From the NCBI GenBank assembly GCA_038230375.1, contig JBBRNJ010000122.1, forward strand, positions 1 to 18,149: DNA of 18,149 bases, in the 5' to 3' direction. Under the pieces are notes generated by a model, which saw only the letters and a list, made by a program, of their open reading frames with translations, was not told the origin of the DNA and ran no database searches. A program made the position numbers and the translations under genes. The first letter of the stretch is position 1, and every line of letters starts with the position of its first letter. Below, one piece after another: positions 1-11,485 of this stretch. The DNA comes from Polyangiales bacterium. Lineage in GTDB: Bacteria > Myxococcota_A > Polyangia > Polyangiales > Polyangiaceae.

Positions 1-981
<981 letters not shown>

Positions 982-1004
982 TTGGTCGACGGAACCATGG
1001 ATAG

Positions 1005-1042
1005 AAGCGACGCCCGGGAGAAATCTCGGGCGCCGTCGTTTT
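1005..1042 (+). terminator. Probable intrinsic terminator of groEL
   Basis: Stem CGCCCGGGA-GAAA-TCTCGGGCG (GNRA loop, one G-U pair), extendable with AAGCGAC/GTCGTTT and ending in TTTT, about 25 nt after the stop. Confidence 0.7.
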
Positions 1043-1174
1043 GTCGAGGTCGAGGTCGAGGTCGAAGTCGGGGTCGAAGTCGGGGTCGAAGTCGAAGTCG
1101 GGGTCGAAGTCGAAGTCGAAGTCGGGGTCGAAGTCGAAGTCGGGGTCGAGGTCGAAGTCGAAGTCGGGGTCGGG
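1043..1174. repeat. Tandem hexamer tract (GTCGRR) x22
   Basis: 132 bp made only of GTCGAG, GTCGAA and GTCGGG units; intergenic between the groEL terminator and the deacetylase start. Confidence 0.95.
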
Positions 1175-1204
1175 ATCTTCCTCGCCGTCGGCTACGATGA
1201 CCGC

Positions 1205-1954
1205 ATGAACCGGGCGAAGCTTCTGCTTGGCGATCTCGCCAGCGTGGCGTTCATTCCGTTCGCGCGCATGTCTCCTCCCGCTTGTCGCGTGCTCGCATAC
1301 CACGCGGTCGGCACCGCCGTTCCCGGCGATCGCAAACGCATCTACAGCCTTTCTCCCGCGCGGTTCGAGCGTCACGTCCGGTGGCTCGTCTCCATCGCGT
1401 CGAAGCCCACTCCGCTTGGCCATGCCGTGCGTGAGGGAAGGGGAATCGCGATCACGTTCGACGACGGCTATCGCGACGCGCTTGCCGTCGCGGCGCCCCG
1501 GCTCGTGGCCGCCGGCCTGCCGTTCACCGTCTTCGTCACGCGCGCGTTCGTGGAAAGCGGCGGCGCGCCCTACCTGTCGCGCGATGAGCTGCGCACGCTC
1601 TCGGCAATGCCGGGTGTCACGATCGGTACGCATGGCCGCACCCATCGGCGCCTCACGGAGTGCACGCCGGCCGAGCTCGAAGAGGAGCTCGCAGGGACGC
1701 GCAACTGGCTCTGTGACCTGCTCGCGCAGCCCATCACCACGATGTCCTATCCGCATGGCGCAGTGGACGCTCGGGTGCGCGATGCGGTGCGCGCGGCTGG
1801 CTACACGGTCGCGGCGTGCAGCAGGTTCGGTGCGCATCGCGCGGGCGACGATCCGTTGATGGTGCCGCGGACCAGCGTGTGGGCACGCGATGGGGCGTGC
1901 CGCCTCGCCGCCAAGGTGCACGGACGCTGGGACTGGATGGCGCTGCGCTCGTGA
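1205..1954 (+). CDS. Polysaccharide deacetylase (CE4/NodB-like) family protein
   Basis: VLAYH, ITFDDGY, FTVFV, IGTHGRTH (metal-binding His pair) and MSYPHG motifs. ATG 1205 chosen because the longer ORF only extends through the hexamer tract. Confidence 0.9.
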   Translation: MNRAKLLLGDLASVAFIPFARMSPPACRVLAYHAVGTAVPGDRKRIYSLSPARFERHVRWLVSIASKPTPLGHAVREGRGIAITFDDGYRDALAVAAPRLVAAGLPFTVFVTRAFVESGGAPYLSRDELRTLSAMPGVTIGTHGRTHRRLTECTPAELEEELAGTRNWLCDLLAQPITTMSYPHGAVDARVRDAVRAAGYTVAACSRFGAHRAGDDPLMVPRTSVWARDGACRLAAKVHGRWDWMALRS

Positions 1955-1958
1955 CCGC

Positions 1959-2003
1959 AAAAAAACGAAGCGCGCCTCGCATGTTGCGAAGCGCGCGTGT
2001 CGT
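1959..2003 (-). terminator. Intrinsic terminator for the VOC gene (possibly bidirectional)
   Basis: Minus strand GCGCGCTTCGCA-ACA-TGCGAGGCGCGC followed by TTCGTTTTTTT, between convergent genes. Confidence 0.75.
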
Positions 2004-2024
2004 CGGCCGCGAAAGACTCTCGCG

Positions 2025-2438
2025 CTACTTCTTGGCTGCCTTCTTCTTGCCCTTCGGCTTTGCAGACGCCTTCTTCACGGGCTTGCCCTTCTCCCAGATG
2101 CCGAACGGTGCTCCGGTGGGGTCCACGAAGACGCCAATGGCGCCCATCGCACCGATCTCCATGAATGGGACCATGGCCTTGGCGCCTGCCTTCTCGGCCT
2201 TGGCCATGGTCTTCTTCACGCTGCTGACCTCGGAGTAGACAAGCCACGCGGGGGGCTGACCCTCCATCTGGGTCTTGGTGATGCCGCCGCCGATCTTCGC
2301 GCCGGTCTTGAGCATCGTGTAGGGCATGCCGCCGCCCTTCATGTCCTCGAGCTTCCAGTCGAAGACCTTCTTGTAGAATTTCTTCGCGGCGTCGACGTTG
2401 CCGGTTGAAAGCTCCATGTGGATGAACGGATTTCCCAT
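2025..2438 (-). CDS. VOC family (glyoxalase/bleomycin-resistance-like) protein with Lys/Ala-rich tail
   Basis: MGNPFIHMEL..AAKKFYKKVFDWK..GGGI..WLVY..V..AEKAGAK..VFVDPTGAPFGIWE; SD AGGGAGG upstream of ATG 2438. Confidence 0.9.
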   Translation of the reverse strand: MGNPFIHMELSTGNVDAAKKFYKKVFDWKLEDMKGGGMPYTMLKTGAKIGGGITKTQMEGQPPAWLVYSEVSSVKKTMAKAEKAGAKAMVPFMEIGAMGAIGVFVDPTGAPFGIWEKGKPVKKASAKPKGKKKAAKK

Positions 2439-2690
2439 GATGTGATCCTCCCTGGTGGAAGCGCTGAGCGCGTGAGCGCGCCGGTGAGCGCGCGACGACG
2501 ATACGCGCCTTCCCGCTGCTGCGTCACCCCCCGTTGTACCGAACGAGGAGCTCTCGGAGAGGGGGCCTCGGGGATTTGTGTCAAGGTTGTTATCTTTGTT
2601 CGGCCAGGTTCGGCGGCGGAAACAGCGACGGCAAGTAGTCCCGCTTTTGACTTCCTCGAAAGCACCCATGTAATCTTGCGATTCGTCGCG

Positions 2691-3338
2691 ATGACTGATG
2701 CTGCCAATACCCTTGCCCGCACGTTCGACGCCGGACACGTCCTCTTCCACGAGGGCGATGCAGGGCGCGAGATGTACGTCGTCCAGTCAGGCGTCGTCAC
2801 GATCTCGAAGCGTCTGGGCGGCCGCGAGCGCGTCGTCGCGGACCTCGTGCCCGGGGATTTCTTCGGCGAGTTGGCTGTCTTGAACGAGCGACCCCGCATG
2901 GCCACGGCCACCTGCAAGGAAAAGGCATCGTGCCTCGTGATCGGCGCCAGCACACTGGAGTCCATGCTCGCGCGGACGCCGGACCTCGCGCTCAGGCTGG
3001 TTCGCCGGCTTGCTCGGCGGCTGCACGGCGCCGACACGATGGTCGAGCTTCTGATGCACCCAGATCCGCGGGCGAGGGCATTGCTCGGGATCAAGGCCAA
3101 GCTCGATGCGACGAGCATCGCGGGCGGCGCAGGGCCGACGTTGCAGCAGATCGCCGATGACGCGGGTGTGACCCGTAACGACGTGACCGAGGTCGCATCA
3201 CGCCTGCGCCGGCTCAAGCTTGCGGAGGTCGGGGAGGACGACGTGCTGCGCATCACCGACCAGGGCCGCTTCTTCGAGTTCCTCGAGTTCGTCGAGTCGC
3301 CTCAGCGCGCATCGCTCACGCAGAAGGCGGCTACCTAG
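2691..3338 (+). CDS. Crp/Fnr-family cyclic-nucleotide-binding protein with putative C-terminal HTH
   Basis: LFHEGDAGREMYVVQSGVV..GDFFGELAVLNERPRMATA (phosphate-binding cassette with GE...R intact); TLQQIADDAGVTRNDV resembles an HTH. Confidence 0.88.
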   Translation: MTDAANTLARTFDAGHVLFHEGDAGREMYVVQSGVVTISKRLGGRERVVADLVPGDFFGELAVLNERPRMATATCKEKASCLVIGASTLESMLARTPDLALRLVRRLARRLHGADTMVELLMHPDPRARALLGIKAKLDATSIAGGAGPTLQQIADDAGVTRNDVTEVASRLRRLKLAEVGEDDVLRITDQGRFFEFLEFVESPQRASLTQKAAT

Positions 3339-4106
3339 ATGCGACTTCACGTCATCGGTTGTCACGGCGGCGAGACTCCAAAACACAAGACCTCCGCGTT
3401 CGTTCTGGACGGCAAGCTCGCCATCGACGCGGGCTCGCTGACCAGCGGCATGTCGCTGAAGGATCAGTGCGCGCTCGAGGCGGTCCTCGTGAGCCACGCC
3501 CACCTCGATCACATCCGCGATCTCGCCACGATCGCCGACAACCGTCTGCAACACGGCTGCGCGCCGCTCCTGGTCATCGGCACGAAGTGGACGCTCGGCG
3601 TGTTGCGTAAGCACTTCTTCAACGGCCTGGTCTGGCCGGACTTCTCCGTGCTGCCCACCAAGGCTCATCCCACGGTGAAGTTCCTCCCGCTCGAGATCGA
3701 GAAGCCCACGCAGATCGGCGAGTACCTCGTTCGCGCGATCGAGGTGAGCCACACCATCGAGACGTGCGCGTTCGTGGTCGAGCGCGCCGGACAGGCCATC
3801 GCGTATAGCGGGGACACGGGACCCACGGAGCGCTTCTGGAAGGTCCTGAACGCCCAGAAGAACCTCCGCGCGCTGCTCATGGAAGTCAGCTTCCCGAGCC
3901 GCATGCACAAGCTCGCAAAGGTCAGCGGCCACCACACGCCCGAGACCCTCGCGAAGGATCTCAAGAAGTACAAAAATAGTAAAGAATTGCCGGTACTTCT
4001 CTACCACATTAAACCTGTTTTCCAGGCCGAGGTCGAGAAGGAATGCGCCAAGATCAAGGGCGCCAATCTCACCGTACTGAAGCTCCGCGACGAGTACATC
4101 GTCTAG
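3339..4106 (+). CDS. Class II 3',5'-cyclic-nucleotide phosphodiesterase (metallo-beta-lactamase fold)
   Basis: IDAGSL, VSHAHLDHI (HxHxDH), FFNGLVWPDF, VSHT, YSGDTGPT, EVSFP, SGHHTP, YHIKP; starts immediately after the Crp-gene stop. Confidence 0.85.
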   Translation: MRLHVIGCHGGETPKHKTSAFVLDGKLAIDAGSLTSGMSLKDQCALEAVLVSHAHLDHIRDLATIADNRLQHGCAPLLVIGTKWTLGVLRKHFFNGLVWPDFSVLPTKAHPTVKFLPLEIEKPTQIGEYLVRAIEVSHTIETCAFVVERAGQAIAYSGDTGPTERFWKVLNAQKNLRALLMEVSFPSRMHKLAKVSGHHTPETLAKDLKKYKNSKELPVLLYHIKPVFQAEVEKECAKIKGANLTVLKLRDEYIV

Positions 4107-4197
4107 GCGGAGGCCAGGCGGAGGCAGCGGGAAGAACGCATACAGGCTCCGTATCGCTTGCGGCGATGGGCCGTATGCGGCTACTTGGGCCGGCCCG

Positions 4198-6633
4198 ATG
4201 ATCGTCACGACCAACGCCACGGCCGAGCTGGCAGTGCCCGGCCTCGAAGAGGACGAGGAGGGGGCGCGCATCATCCGCGAGGAGCTCAAGCTCCTGCACA
4301 CCGTGGAGCGCGCGCTCGAGCACGCCCGCACGGAAGCCGCCAAGCGCGGCAAGCCAACCGAGGACGACGCACGGCTGCTGGAGCTGCGCGAGGACGTGTC
4401 CACCGCCAAGCCCGAGGACCTGCCCGCGCTCTTCGAGCAGATGCACACGCTCGGCGCCATCCGTGCGCAGCGGGGCAAGAGCGCCGCCGGCAGCATCGAC
4501 GAGAAGAGCCCGTACTTCGGACACCTCCGCCTGGAAGAGACCTTCGAGGGCGAGAAGAAGTCCCGCCGCCGCGACGTCCTCATCGGCTCGCGGTCGTATG
4601 TCGATCCCACCGCGGGCATCCGCATCGTGGACTGGCGTCAGGCGCCTGTGAGCCGTGTATTCTACAGGTATCGCGAAGGCGACGACTACGAAGAGATCAT
4701 GGGCGACAAGCCCGTCGAGGGGCTCGTCATGGCGCGCCGCTCGGTGGCCATCGTCCACGGGCAGCTCCGCCGCGTGTCGTGTCCGGCGGGCGTGTTCATC
4801 TGCGGAGAGAACGGCCAGTGGCGCCGCGCGGACCAGCGCTCCGTGAAGCTCATTCCCGGCCAGGCGCCGCGGCTCGGCATTGGCGCGGATGGACTGCTCC
4901 GTACCGACAAGCTGCTTCCGGCGATAGCGTCCATGCTGGACCCGTCGCAGTTCGACCTCATCACGAAGCCCGGGCCCGGAATCATCCCCATCCAGGGCAG
5001 CGCAGGCAGCGGCAAGACCACCGTGGGCCTCCACCGCGTGGCCTACCTGCACGCGATGGACCCGTCGCGCTACCGTGGCGACCGCATGCTCGTGATGGTG
5101 CCCAGCGAGGCGCTCATCCACTACACCGGCCGCGTGCTGCCTTCGCTGGGCGTGGACGGCGTGCCGGTGACCACGTTCGCGCGCTTCGCGAAGCGTGCAG
5201 TCTTCACGCTCTTCCCGAAGCTGCCTTCGCGTGTGAGCGCGGACACGCCTTCCGTCGTATCGCGCATGAAATCGCACGCGCTCATGCTCCGCGAGATCGA
5301 CGCGCTCGCGGCCCGCATCACCGCCGAGGTGGACACGCGGCTGCGCGCTGCGATGGGCAAGTGGCCGAACGGCGAGCTGGTCGTCAATGCCTGGGAGGCG
5401 ACCCGCGGCGCAGCGGCCGAGACGGACACGGCCGCGGTCGCGCTGAAGGTCGCTCCGGATGCCCGGCTGACGATGCTCGCGCAGTACATGGCGGGCAAGC
5501 GCACGCTGAAGGACATTCCGCCGCCGGCGAAGATCCCGGAGGTGACGAAGACCGCGCTCACGGAGCTGGGGCTGGAGCTCCGCAAGAAGACGCGCGCCGT
5601 CCTCGATGCGTGGGACGAGCTCGTCACGGATCACGCGCGCCTCACCGTGACGTTCGCAGGCGTGACGGGCCTTGGCCCCGCGCAGCTCACGCAGGCCGCC
5701 GAGTGGTGCGTGCAGCAGGCGCGCGTACGCGCGGAGGGGGAACGCGACGGCGACGAGCCCACGCTCGACGCGGAAGACCACGCGCTGCTCCTTCGGCTCT
5801 TCCAGGTGATGCGCGGTCCGCTCGTGGACGGCGAAAATGTGCCCGTGCGTGTGAACCACCTCTTCATCGACGAGGTGCAGGACATGAGCCCCGTCGAGCT
5901 GCGCACCATCGTGGATGTCGCGGGCACAGAGCCGAGCGTGACGCTCGCGGGCGACGTTGCGCAGCGCATGCTCCAGGACGACGATCACGATGGCGGCGCG
6001 ACATGGGGCGAGCTCCTTGCCGCGGCGCAGATCGCCTCGGGAGCGGAGCAGGGGGCCGACGGCATGCTCGAGCCGCTGAAGGTGAGCTACCGCTCCACCG
6101 CGGAGATCACCGGCTTCGCGCGCGGCGTGCTCGGCCCGTTTGCGCACGAGGCGGAGCCGATCGCAAACCGCCACGGCCCGCCCGTGGAGTCGTTCCCATT
6201 CGCGTCGCCGGGCGAGGCGGTCGCGTTCCTGGCCGACGCGCTCAAGGATCTCGCGCTCTCGGAGCCAAACGCGAACGTGGCTGTGCTCGCGCGCTTCGGA
6301 CCGCAAGCGGACATCTACGAAGAGGGTCTGCGGCGCGCGGAGGTGCCGAACGTGCGCCGCGTGAAGCACCAGGATTTCACCTGGGAAGCGGGCGTGGACG
6401 TCACCGACGTGCGTCAGACGAAGGGCCTCGAGTTCGACGAGGTCGTGCTGGTGGACACCAACCGGACCAGCTACCCGGACAGCCCGCAGGCACGTCACGC
6501 GCTCTACGTCGGTGCAACGCGCGCCGCGCACCAGCTGTGGTGCGTGTCGTCCGACGAGCCCTCGACGCTGCTCGCCGAAGGCCTCGCGTCGCAAGAGACC
6601 TTCGCAAAGACCACCGACGGAGAGAGTTCTTGA
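4198..6633 (+). CDS. HelD-like SF1 (UvrD-type) ATPase, putative RNA polymerase recycling motor
   Basis: HelD-type N-terminal motifs SPYFGHL and IVDWRQAPVS; Walker A QGSAGSGKTT followed by LHRVAYL; IDEVQD; GDVAQR; SYRSTAEI; KGLEFD; LYVGATRA. Confidence 0.85.
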   Translation: MIVTTNATAELAVPGLEEDEEGARIIREELKLLHTVERALEHARTEAAKRGKPTEDDARLLELREDVSTAKPEDLPALFEQMHTLGAIRAQRGKSAAGSIDEKSPYFGHLRLEETFEGEKKSRRRDVLIGSRSYVDPTAGIRIVDWRQAPVSRVFYRYREGDDYEEIMGDKPVEGLVMARRSVAIVHGQLRRVSCPAGVFICGENGQWRRADQRSVKLIPGQAPRLGIGADGLLRTDKLLPAIASMLDPSQFDLITKPGPGIIPIQGSAGSGKTTVGLHRVAYLHAMDPSRYRGDRMLVMVPSEALIHYTGRVLPSLGVDGVPVTTFARFAKRAVFTLFPKLPSRVSADTPSVVSRMKSHALMLREIDALAARITAEVDTRLRAAMGKWPNGELVVNAWEATRGAAAETDTAAVALKVAPDARLTMLAQYMAGKRTLKDIPPPAKIPEVTKTALTELGLELRKKTRAVLDAWDELVTDHARLTVTFAGVTGLGPAQLTQAAEWCVQQARVRAEGERDGDEPTLDAEDHALLLRLFQVMRGPLVDGENVPVRVNHLFIDEVQDMSPVELRTIVDVAGTEPSVTLAGDVAQRMLQDDDHDGGATWGELLAAAQIASGAEQGADGMLEPLKVSYRSTAEITGFARGVLGPFAHEAEPIANRHGPPVESFPFASPGEAVAFLADALKDLALSEPNANVAVLARFGPQADIYEEGLRRAEVPNVRRVKHQDFTWEAGVDVTDVRQTKGLEFDEVVLVDTNRTSYPDSPQARHALYVGATRAAHQLWCVSSDEPSTLLAEGLASQETFAKTTDGESS

Positions 6634-7640
6634 AGGTTGCGGTCATCGGCAGTGGCGCCTGGGGTACGGCGCTCGCAACGCACGCCGCGCGCATGGGGAA
6701 TGCCGTCACGATGTGGTCGCATGAGCCCGACGTCGCGTCGGACATCGCCACGCTCCATCAAAACAAGCGCTTTCTACCGGGGATCGACCTGCCGCCCGAG
6801 ATCACTGCCACGACCGACATCGCGGGCGCGCTCACCGGCGCGGGCCTCGTCATCCTGGTCCCGCCCTCGGTGTACCTCCGGCAGATCTCGCGTGACGCTG
6901 CGCCGCACATTGCCAAGGACGCGCACGTGCTCGTGGCCACGAAGGGTTTCGAGGAGTCGTCGCTGTCGCTCATGAGCACGGTGCTCGAGGAGACACTGCC
7001 GGCGGTCCATTGGGACCGGCTCTCGTTCATCTCGGGCCCCAACTTCGCCAAGGAGGTCGCGCAAGGGCTGCCCACGGACGCGGTCTGCGCCTCGAAGGAC
7101 GAGGCATCCGCCAAGTTCGTGCAGGCGGTCCTCCACGCGCCGAACTTCCGCGTCTACACCAGCACCGATCCGATCGGCGTGCAGGTCGGTGGCGCCGTGA
7201 AGAACGTGCTCGCGGTCGCCGCGGGTGCGTGCGATGGGCTCGGAGTTGGCGCGAACGCGCGCGCAGCGCTCCTGACGCGCGGTCTGTCGGAGATGGCGCG
7301 CCTCGGCGTCGCGCTTGGCGCCAATCCGCTCACGTTCATCGGCATGAGCGGCGTCGGCGACCTGATCCTCACGTCCACTGGTGACCTGTCGCGCAACCGG
7401 CAGCTGGGAATGAAGGTCGCGAAGGGCGTGGACCCGAAGGCGTACCTGGCCACGCAGGTCACGGTCGCGGAGGGCTACTACACCGCGCACGCGGCGCACT
7501 CCCTCGCGAAGAAGCACGGCGTGGAGATGCCCATCACGGAGCAGGTCTTCATGGTGTTGCACGAGGGGCGCTCACTCTTCGAGGCCATGACAATCCTGAT
7601 GACCCGAGAGCACCGCGAAGAGCTCTACGGCCTCCGCTGA
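6630..7640 (+). CDS. gpsA: NAD(P)H-dependent glycerol-3-phosphate dehydrogenase
   Basis: KVAVIGSGAWGTALA, ATKG, SGPNFAKEV, GGAVKNVLA, GVGDLILT..LSRNR, AEG, MPITEQV; TTG start overlaps the upstream TGA (TTGA), with GGAGAG SD. Confidence 0.95.
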   Translation: MKVAVIGSGAWGTALATHAARMGNAVTMWSHEPDVASDIATLHQNKRFLPGIDLPPEITATTDIAGALTGAGLVILVPPSVYLRQISRDAAPHIAKDAHVLVATKGFEESSLSLMSTVLEETLPAVHWDRLSFISGPNFAKEVAQGLPTDAVCASKDEASAKFVQAVLHAPNFRVYTSTDPIGVQVGGAVKNVLAVAAGACDGLGVGANARAALLTRGLSEMARLGVALGANPLTFIGMSGVGDLILTSTGDLSRNRQLGMKVAKGVDPKAYLATQVTVAEGYYTAHAAHSLAKKHGVEMPITEQVFMVLHEGRSLFEAMTILMTREHREELYGLR

Positions 7641-7669
7641 CGTCCGCCGTCATGCGGCACTGACGCCGC

Positions 7670-8413
7670 TCACACCACCGCGAGCGCAAGGGTCCGCGCC
7701 GACAAGATGTGCGCGACGATCTCGGGGACGCCGACGTTCACGTTCACCTGCGCGAAGATCGTTGGGCCGCCCTGGCGCATGCGGTCCGCGTCGATGCGCA
7801 TGACGTCCAGGCTCGCGCCCACGTGCGGGGCCAGGTCTGTCTTGTTGATGACGAGCAGATCGCTCTGCGTGATGCCTGGGCCGCCCTTGCGCGGCACCTT
7901 GTCGCCGCCCGCCACGTCGATGACGTAGATCGTGTAGTCGACGAGCTCGCGGCTGTACTGCGCGGCAAGATTGTCGCCGCCGCTCTCCACCACGAGCAGG
8001 TCGGGGTGCACTTGTTGCTGGAGCGAGAGCAGCGCGTCCAGGTTGTGGCTGATGTCCTCGCGGATCGCCGCGTGCGGGCAGCCGCCGGTCTCCACGGCGC
8101 GGATCTGCGCGGGGGGCAGGGCCTCATTGCGATGAAGAAACTCTGCATCCTCGCGCGTGAAGATGTCGTTCGTCACCACGCCAAGGAGCATGGTGTCGCG
8201 CAGCGCCTTGCACAGCGAGAGCACCAGCGCCGTCTTTCCGCTGCCGACGGGGCCGCCGATGCCTACGGTGAACGCGCGCTCGTCGTAGCGCCGTGTCCTG
8301 CGAGGCTCGCGCGCCCGGAAGAACCCCGGGTGCTCCAGGTGCTCGTGGGTGTGGCCATCATGGGCTGCCTGGTCATGCGAATGCGTGTGTCCGTCGTGGG
8401 AGTGTGAGCTCAT
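7670..8413 (-). CDS. ureG: Urease accessory GTPase UreG with His-rich N-terminus
   Basis: [41 protein letters not shown] overlaps the ureF stop (ATGA). Confidence 0.96.
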   Translation of the reverse strand: MSSHSHDGHTHSHDQAAHDGHTHEHLEHPGFFRAREPRRTRRYDERAFTVGIGGPVGSGKTALVLSLCKALRDTMLLGVVTNDIFTREDAEFLHRNEALPPAQIRAVETGGCPHAAIREDISHNLDALLSLQQQVHPDLLVVESGGDNLAAQYSRELVDYTIYVIDVAGGDKVPRKGGPGITQSDLLVINKTDLAPHVGASLDVMRIDADRMRQGGPTIFAQVNVNVGVPEIVAHILSARTLALAVV

Positions 8414-9081
8414 GACATGAACAATCTCGAGTAGAGGGTGTCGTGGCGGGCGCCGTAAAGCTCCAGAAGAGGGGAGGTCTGTGCGAGATCGTCGGGGCCG
8501 AGGGCTGCGGTCTTCTCGAGCAACGCATCCAGTGACGGGGTGAGATCGTGCTGCAGCGCCTGCGCCTCGAGCGGGCCGAAGATGCCCAGCCGAACGGCGG
8601 CCGACAGCACCGAGCGTGAGTGCTGGAAGAGGAACAGGCGGCGCGCGTCGACGATCGGCACCGCGAGCGCGCGGGTCACCGCCGCGAAGACCGTGGCTTG
8701 ATGCCGGAGCGGCGCGGGCACTTGGATGCAGAATACATGCTCCGCAGCGGCGCGAAGGCTGCGGCCGAGCACGCGGCTCGCGCGGTTCGCGACGGGGCTC
8801 GACAAGAACGCGTCGAGCGTCGCGTCGTGGTTGGCGTCGAGCGAAGTCTGCTCGCCTCCACCGCCCGCGGGCGCCGCATGCAATGCGCGCACGAAGATGA
8901 GCGGACCGTGGGCGCATGCGACGAGCGAGTCCCGCAGCACCTCTGCGGCCGCCTTCTCGTCCGGAACGAAGCCGTGTGCGCGGGCGGACTCGAGCCCCGA
9001 CGAGTGCGCGAAGCCGCCGGTCGGGAACGCCGAGTCCGCGAGCTGGAGGATCGTGAAGCTGAGGGCTGCGAAATGGGTCAT
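8410..9081 (-). CDS. ureF: Urease accessory protein UreF
   Basis: [21 protein letters not shown]-terminus, SAAVRLG..GP..AQ, C-terminal [11 protein letters not shown]. Confidence 0.95.
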   Translation of the reverse strand: MTHFAALSFTILQLADSAFPTGGFAHSSGLESARAHGFVPDEKAAAEVLRDSLVACAHGPLIFVRALHAAPAGGGGEQTSLDANHDATLDAFLSSPVANRASRVLGRSLRAAAEHVFCIQVPAPLRHQATVFAAVTRALAVPIVDARRLFLFQHSRSVLSAAVRLGIFGPLEAQALQHDLTPSLDALLEKTAALGPDDLAQTSPLLELYGARHDTLYSRLFMS

Positions 9082-9086
9082 GGTCG

Positions 9087-10795
<1,709 letters not shown>

Positions 10796-10799
<4 letters not shown>

Positions 10800-11485
10800 G
10801 GCGCGACTCCCGGGGACGTCGTGGAGAGGGGGAGCGAGACGAGCGTGACGTGCTTGGTCTCGCCCGGCTCGAAGCGGACCGCGGTGCCGGCTGGCACGTC
10901 CAGGTGCATGCGGCCCGCCGACGCGCGATCGAACGCGAGCGCCCGGTTCGTGCGATCGAACGGAAAGTGGCTGCCGACCTGGATGGGCCGATCGCCCGTG
11001 TTGGTGACGTCGAGCGAATGGCGCCGGCGCCCCGGATAGAGCTCGATCTCGCCGGGCTCGACGATGAGCTCTCCGGGGGCGTGGTCGATCGGTGCAGCAT
11101 GCACGGGTTGGAGAGCGAAGACATCGGGGTGGGGAAGCGGCAGAAAGGACCCGTAGAGCGCGTACGCCAGATCGCCTTCGTCGAGCGCGACGGGGTCGTG
11201 CACGCTCACCAGCTTGGTGCCGTCGGGGAACGTGCCTTCGACCTGGACCTCGTCGATCATCTCCGCGACGCCCGGCATGAGCTCACGGCGACCGAGGATG
11301 CGGCGGCCCTTGTCCATGAGCTCGGCGACGCGCCGGCCATCTCGGATCCACTCCAGCAGCACTGTCGCGATGAGCGCGACGGCCTCTGGATAGTTCAGCC
11401 GGATGCCGCGCGCGAGGCGCTTCTGCGCGAGAAATCCAGCCTGGTGAAGGACCAGCTTGTCGAGATCACGTGGCGAGAGCCTCAT
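10796..11485 (-). CDS. ureAB: Fused urease gamma/beta subunit
   Basis: Gamma part [35 protein letters not shown], then beta part [27 protein letters not shown], in one ORF. Confidence 0.95.

Noticed and set aside
1043..1174. Possible CRISPR array
   Set aside because: 6-bp units with no unique spacers and no cas genes.
2600..2635. CCAGGTTCGGCGGCGGAAACAGC resembles the SRP RNA domain IV motif
   Set aside because: It lacks the GNRA tetraloop and the long flanking helix; more likely part of the divergent promoter region.
4069..6594. Long antisense ORFs (also 9426-11039, 15223-16131, 16149-17264)
   Set aside because: Typical stop-poor mirror frames of high-GC genes, with no recognisable motifs.
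4158..7640. 1160-aa ORF suggesting a large GpsA fusion
   Set aside because: The first ~820 codons are an Arg/Ala/Gly-rich shadow frame of the HelD-like gene; GpsA starts at TTG 6630 with its own SD.
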